A DNA stretch of 64,000 bases from an uncultured Bacillales bacterium. GTDB lineage: Bacteria; Bacillota_I; Bacilli_A; RF39; UBA660. The stretch lies in the NCBI GenBank assembly GCA_946615975.1, contig CAMOID010000001.1, positions 66,638 to 130,637 of the forward strand, read 5' to 3'. Under the pieces are notes generated by a model that worked only from the letters and a program-made list of their open reading frames with translations, was not told the DNA's origin and ran no database searches. Of the stretch, positions 60,314 to 64,000 are shown in pieces. Positions within the stretch are counted from its first letter, which is position 1. Each line of letters opens with the position of its first letter. The translations under genes and the position numbers were made by a program.

Positions 60314-61321
60314 ATGGTATATGTATCTGATGTGTTTCATAAAAAGAAATTAGATAGTAAAAAGATTAACATTAAAACTATATATTTAGTTGATGGTATT
60401 AGATATGAAAGAAATACTGATGGATCTAAAGATGATAATATAACTAATGGTATTAGAGTAAAAAAAGAATACTACTTAAATAATGAATTAAAACATACTG
60501 AACATGAATTTGATACAAGAATAGAATATAGTTTTGTTGAAAATGAAAATAGTAATAAAAATTATACATGTCCAAATTGTGGAATGACTGCTAAATTAAA
60601 AGAATTTAATGGCGGTTGTCCTTATTGTGGTACATATTATAATTTAGATTATAAAGATAAAGATTTAGGTAGTAAAAAATATTATGATAGAGTTTTAAGA
60701 AATAAATCTTATAGATTAATATCTGCAATTATAGATGCTATAATTTGCTTTTTAATATCATTTATCATAATTAAGAATACTTCTAGAACATTTAATATAA
60801 ATGATTTTTATAAGATATTTGTATTTGGTAGTATAGCATCTTTATTATTTTATTATGTATTCTATATAGTAGATGCATATGTAATACTAGGACCTATAAA
60901 AAGATATAAAGATAAACAAAATGAATTACAAAAAGATTTTTGGAAAAAGAGTGGTTTAGATAAAGTAACATTCTTTAATAATTTTAATTATGAAGTAAGA
61001 AAATATTATTACAATAAAGAAGATGTTATTGATTATGACATAATTGATTTTGATTCTTTTAAAGATTATACAATTAAAGATGATAGATATGTAGAAGTAG
61101 AAGCTTATATTAGAGTTGTTTATTTTGATGGAGATTTTCGTTCAAATTTTAAAAAGAAAATATTTAGATTTAAACAAAATAAAAATGGAACTACTAAGCT
61201 AGGTAAAGGTACAAATATAATGATGTGCCATAACTGTGGTGCTTCTATAGATGTAACTAAGAGTAAATGTGATTACTGTGATTCTGAAATTAAATATTTA
61301 CAAGAATGGATATTACAATAA
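60314..61321 (+). CDS. Two-TM membrane protein with N- and C-terminal zinc ribbons (possibly a Tim44-like C-terminal domain)
   Basis: 'CPNCGMTAKLKEFNGGCPYCG', TM hairpin 'LISAIIDAIICFLISFIII'/'IFVFGSIASLLFYYVFYIV', 'CHNCGASIDVTKSKCDYCD'. Start ATG 60314 or TTG 60305. Confidence 0.65.
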   Translation: MVYVSDVFHKKKLDSKKINIKTIYLVDGIRYERNTDGSKDDNITNGIRVKKEYYLNNELKHTEHEFDTRIEYSFVENENSNKNYTCPNCGMTAKLKEFNGGCPYCGTYYNLDYKDKDLGSKKYYDRVLRNKSYRLISAIIDAIICFLISFIIIKNTSRTFNINDFYKIFVFGSIASLLFYYVFYIVDAYVILGPIKRYKDKQNELQKDFWKKSGLDKVTFFNNFNYEVRKYYYNKEDVIDYDIIDFDSFKDYTIKDDRYVEVEAYIRVVYFDGDFRSNFKKKIFRFKQNKNGTTKLGKGTNIMMCHNCGASIDVTKSKCDYCDSEIKYLQEWILQ

Positions 61322-62121
61322 TGTTTAAAAAAGTATATGTAGAAATAACAAATAATTGTAATTTAGATTGTAGTTTTTGTATTGGTAATAAAAGAGAAAA
61401 GAAGTTTATAGATATAGATTCTTTTGAAATATTATTAAATAAGTTAGAAGGATATACTGATTATTTATATTTTCATGTAATGGGTGAACCTTTATTACAT
61501 CCTAAGATAAATGATCTTATTAATATTGCTTCTAATAAATATAATATTAATATCACTACAAATGGTTATTTAATTAATAGAATTAAAGATAATAAAAATA
61601 TAAGACAGATAAATATATCATTACATTCATTTGATGATAAATATAAAACAACTCTAGATGAGTATATGAATAATATATTTGATTCAGTTGATGAATTAAG
61701 TAAAAATACTTATATTGAATATAGAATGTGGGTAGATAATGTTAATAAAGATAAAATTATTAACAAATTAGAAGAAAAATATAATATATCTATTGGTGAT
61801 ATTGATCATATTACTTTAGATAAAAATGTATTTTATCAAGTTGAACAAGAATTTATTTGGCCTGATATAAATAATTCTTATTATGAAGAAGAAGGCACTT
61901 GTATGGGTACTAGAAGCCATATAGGTATATTAGTAGATGGAACTGTAGTTCCATGTTGTTTAGATAGTAATGGATCTATTAATTTAGGTAATATATATGA
62001 ATCTAGTTTAGATGATATTTTAAATGGTGAATTATATTCTTCAATTAAAGAAGGATTCTTAAATAATAAAAAGATTCATCCTATGTGTAGACATTGTAAT
62101 TTTTATGAATTAAAGAGATGA
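61321..62121 (+). CDS. Short radical SAM enzyme with a partial SPASM/twitch-like C-terminus
   Basis: The ATG overlaps the upstream stop (TAATG). C13-x3-C17-x2-C20 ('NNCNLDCSFC'), 'HVMGEPLL', 'DGTVVPCC' (G-x4-C), terminal 'CRHC'. Confidence 0.82.
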   Translation: MFKKVYVEITNNCNLDCSFCIGNKREKKFIDIDSFEILLNKLEGYTDYLYFHVMGEPLLHPKINDLINIASNKYNINITTNGYLINRIKDNKNIRQINISLHSFDDKYKTTLDEYMNNIFDSVDELSKNTYIEYRMWVDNVNKDKIINKLEEKYNISIGDIDHITLDKNVFYQVEQEFIWPDINNSYYEEEGTCMGTRSHIGILVDGTVVPCCLDSNGSINLGNIYESSLDDILNGELYSSIKEGFLNNKKIHPMCRHCNFYELKR

Positions 62122-62140
62122 TTTATCATCTTTTTATTTT
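62116..62140 (+). terminator. Rho-independent terminator ending the radical SAM operon
   Basis: Stem agatga/tcatct with loop ttta, followed by ttttattttt; overlaps the TGA stop. Confidence 0.65.
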
Positions 62141-62150
62141 TGCCTTAAAA

Positions 62151-62159
62151 TGGTATAAT
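62151..62159 (+). promoter_or_regulatory. Extended -10 (TGgTATAAT) for prfB
   Basis: Exact TGnTATAAT 22 nt upstream of ATG 62181. Confidence 0.55.
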
Positions 62160-62180
62160 TTTAATAGAAGGTGTTTAAAG

Positions 62181-63279
62181 ATGAATATAAATGAATTAAA
62201 AAGTGAATTATTAAATCTTAAAACAAATATTATTGATATTGGGAGGTCACTTTGACTTAGATAATAAAAAATCTAAAATAAGTGAATTAGAATCTAAATT
62301 AAGTAATCCAGATATTTGGAATAATCCGGATGAAGCTAATAAATATAATCAAGAATTAGCTGGATTAAAAAAAGATATATCACAATATGATAATCTATTA
62401 TCAAATATCGATAATAATATTGAACTTCTACAATTATTAGAAATAGAACCTGATGATAATGAGTTGAAGAATATAGAATCAGAATTAGATAATATAAAAA
62501 AAGAAGTTGATGAATTTCAAATTAAATCATTATTAAATGGTGAATATGATTCTGGTAATTGTTATTTAGAAATACATCCTGGAGCTGGAGGTACTGAATC
62601 TTGTGATTGGGCTTCTATGTTACTTCGTATGTATACAATGTTTTTTGATAAGTTTGGTTTTAAATATAGTATATTAGATCAACAACCTGGTGAAGAAGCA
62701 GGTATTAAATCAGTTATGGTATATGTTGAAGGTATGTATGCATATGGTTATTTAAAATCAGAAATAGGTGTTCATAGATTAGTTAGAATTAGTCCTTTTA
62801 ATGCAGCTGGTAAAAGACAAACATCATTTGCTGCAGTAAATGTAACACCTGAGTTTAATGAAGTATCTAAGGATATAGAAATTAAAGATGAAGATATAAG
62901 AGTTGATGTTTATAGATCTTCTGGTAATGGTGGTCAAGGAGTTAATACAACTGATTCAGCAGTTAGAATTAGTCATATTCCTACTGGAATAGTTGTTACT
63001 TGCCAAAATGAAAGAAGTCAATTAAGAAATAAAGAAACAGCAATGAAGATCTTAAAAAGTAAGTTATATCAATTAGAAGTTGAAAAACAAAATAAAGAAA
63101 TTAATGATTTAAAAGGTAATGCTAATATAGATTTTGGTAGTCAAATACGTAATTATGTATTAGAACCTTATACATTAGTTAAAGATCAAAGAAGTGGATA
63201 TGAAACATCTCAAGCATATAAAGTTTTAGATGGCGATTTATATCAATTCATTGATTCTTATTTAAGAATAAAGAGGTAG
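62181..63279 (+). CDS. prfB: Peptide chain release factor 2, made by a programmed +1 frameshift (62181..62252 joined to 62254..63279)
   Basis: Frame 0 reads MNINELKSELLNLKTNIIDIGRSL then TGA. Shifting +1 at CTT-T-GAC continues DLDNKKSKISELE. 'SGNGGQGVNTTDSAVRI' contains the GGQ motif. Confidence 0.95.
62241..62256 (+). other. RF2 autoregulatory frameshift site: SD-like GGGAGG, then CTT TGA C
   Basis: gggaggtcaCTTTGAC matches the canonical bacterial prfB recoding signal. Confidence 0.92.
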
Positions 63280-63282
63280 AAT

Positions 63283-64000
63283 ATGAAAAAGGTTTTTAAT
63301 TATTTAGCTGTTATATTAGGCTGTGAATTAATTGCTCTTAGTTTTGTATTATTAATATTACCAAATAAAGTATTATCATTTGGTATAGATGGTGTAGGAG
63401 CTTTATTATATTATACTAATGGAGTTAATCCTGGTATTAATATTTTAGTATTAAATGCTATATTTATACTTATATCATTACTAGTATTAGATATAGAAGA
63501 AGTAAAGAAGTATATATTACCATCACTATTAATACCAATTCTAATCATGATAAATATGATAGTATTAAGAGATGTTACTATAGAGTTACCTGAATTAGTA
63601 GTTTCTATACTAGTATCTAGTTTCTTAATAGGATTTGGTTATAGTTTAATATATAAAAATGGACATGGAGCTGGTAATATTTTCTTGATTGAAGAAACAA
63701 TTGGAGAAGTTACTAAATTTAGATCTAAAGCTTATTCATGGATATTAGATATATTAATATTAATTGTGTTATTTATTACAAATGGATATATGGCAGTTAT
63801 TTATTCATTGATAATTATATTTGCTAGTAAGTATTTAATTACTAAAGCTAGATTTGGTATAAATGATAGTAAAATATTCTATGTAATAACTTCTAAAGAA
63901 AAAGAAGTTAAAGATTTTATTATTAGACATATGAAATATGAATTAACTGTATTAGATGTTAAAGGTGGATATAGTCAAAAGAAAAATCAAATATTATTAG
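63283..64000 (+). CDS. YitT-family membrane protein with a DUF2179 C-terminus (3' end runs off the window)
   Basis: Open frame from ATG 63283 to the window edge. TM-rich 'FGIDGVGALLYY', and C-terminal 'IFYVITSKEKEVKDFI...LTVLDVKGGYS'. It is absent from the ORF track because no stop is reached. Confidence 0.75.
   Translation, partial: MKKVFNYLAVILGCELIALSFVLLILPNKVLSFGIDGVGALLYYTNGVNPGINILVLNAIFILISLLVLDIEEVKKYILPSLLIPILIMINMIVLRDVTIELPELVVSILVSSFLIGFGYSLIYKNGHGAGNIFLIEETIGEVTKFRSKAYSWILDILILIVLFITNGYMAVIYSLIIIFASKYLITKARFGINDSKIFYVITSKEKEVKDFIIRHMKYELTVLDVKGGYSQKKNQILL

Overview
This is an origin-proximal chromosome segment of a very AT-rich (visually about 25-30% GC) cell-walled Bacillota, possibly Erysipelotrichia-like; that placement is inference. 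UGA is a stop codon, because RF2 is present with its UGA frameshift site. Gene order follows the Bacillus-type oriC neighbourhood almost throughout. It runs dnaA (5' end off the window), dnaN, recF, gyrB, gyrA, ffs, tadA, dnaX, ybaB, recR, holB, ricT, pth and mfd. It continues with T-box-metG, tatD, a yabE-like gene, rsmA, spoVG, divIC and ssrA. Further on come nnr, T-box-argS, tRNA-Cys, typA, secG, rnr, smpB, csp, hpf and secA, and the window ends with prfB and yitT. Nearly all genes are on the + (leading) strand.

Non-coding features I can support:
- a small SRP RNA, a tmRNA and tRNA-Cys(GCA)
- two T-box leaders (Met AUG, Arg CGC)
- the RF2 +1 frameshift site
- many hairpin/T-run terminators fused to TGnTATAAT promoters
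- a dense array of six 18-bp parS-type palindromes after gyrA, plus a seventh inside tadA
- a perfect Noc-binding-site palindrome inside dnaX

The clearest accessory DNA is about 12 kb wedged between secA and prfB, which are usually adjacent. It starts with a duplicated secA 3' end and a repeat-bracketed NUDIX cassette.

The accessory block ends with the most interesting candidate, a tightly coupled five-gene operon (56.3-62.1 kb). It encodes a zinc-ribbon/LRR membrane protein and a large radical SAM/SPASM enzyme. These are followed by a 129-aa protein ending in SYSSSSWSSGGSSWSSSGGGSS-N12-R, a zinc-ribbon membrane protein and a second short radical SAM enzyme. I read it as a possible undescribed peptide/protein-modification (RiPP-like) system. 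That reading is inference from motifs and gene order only.
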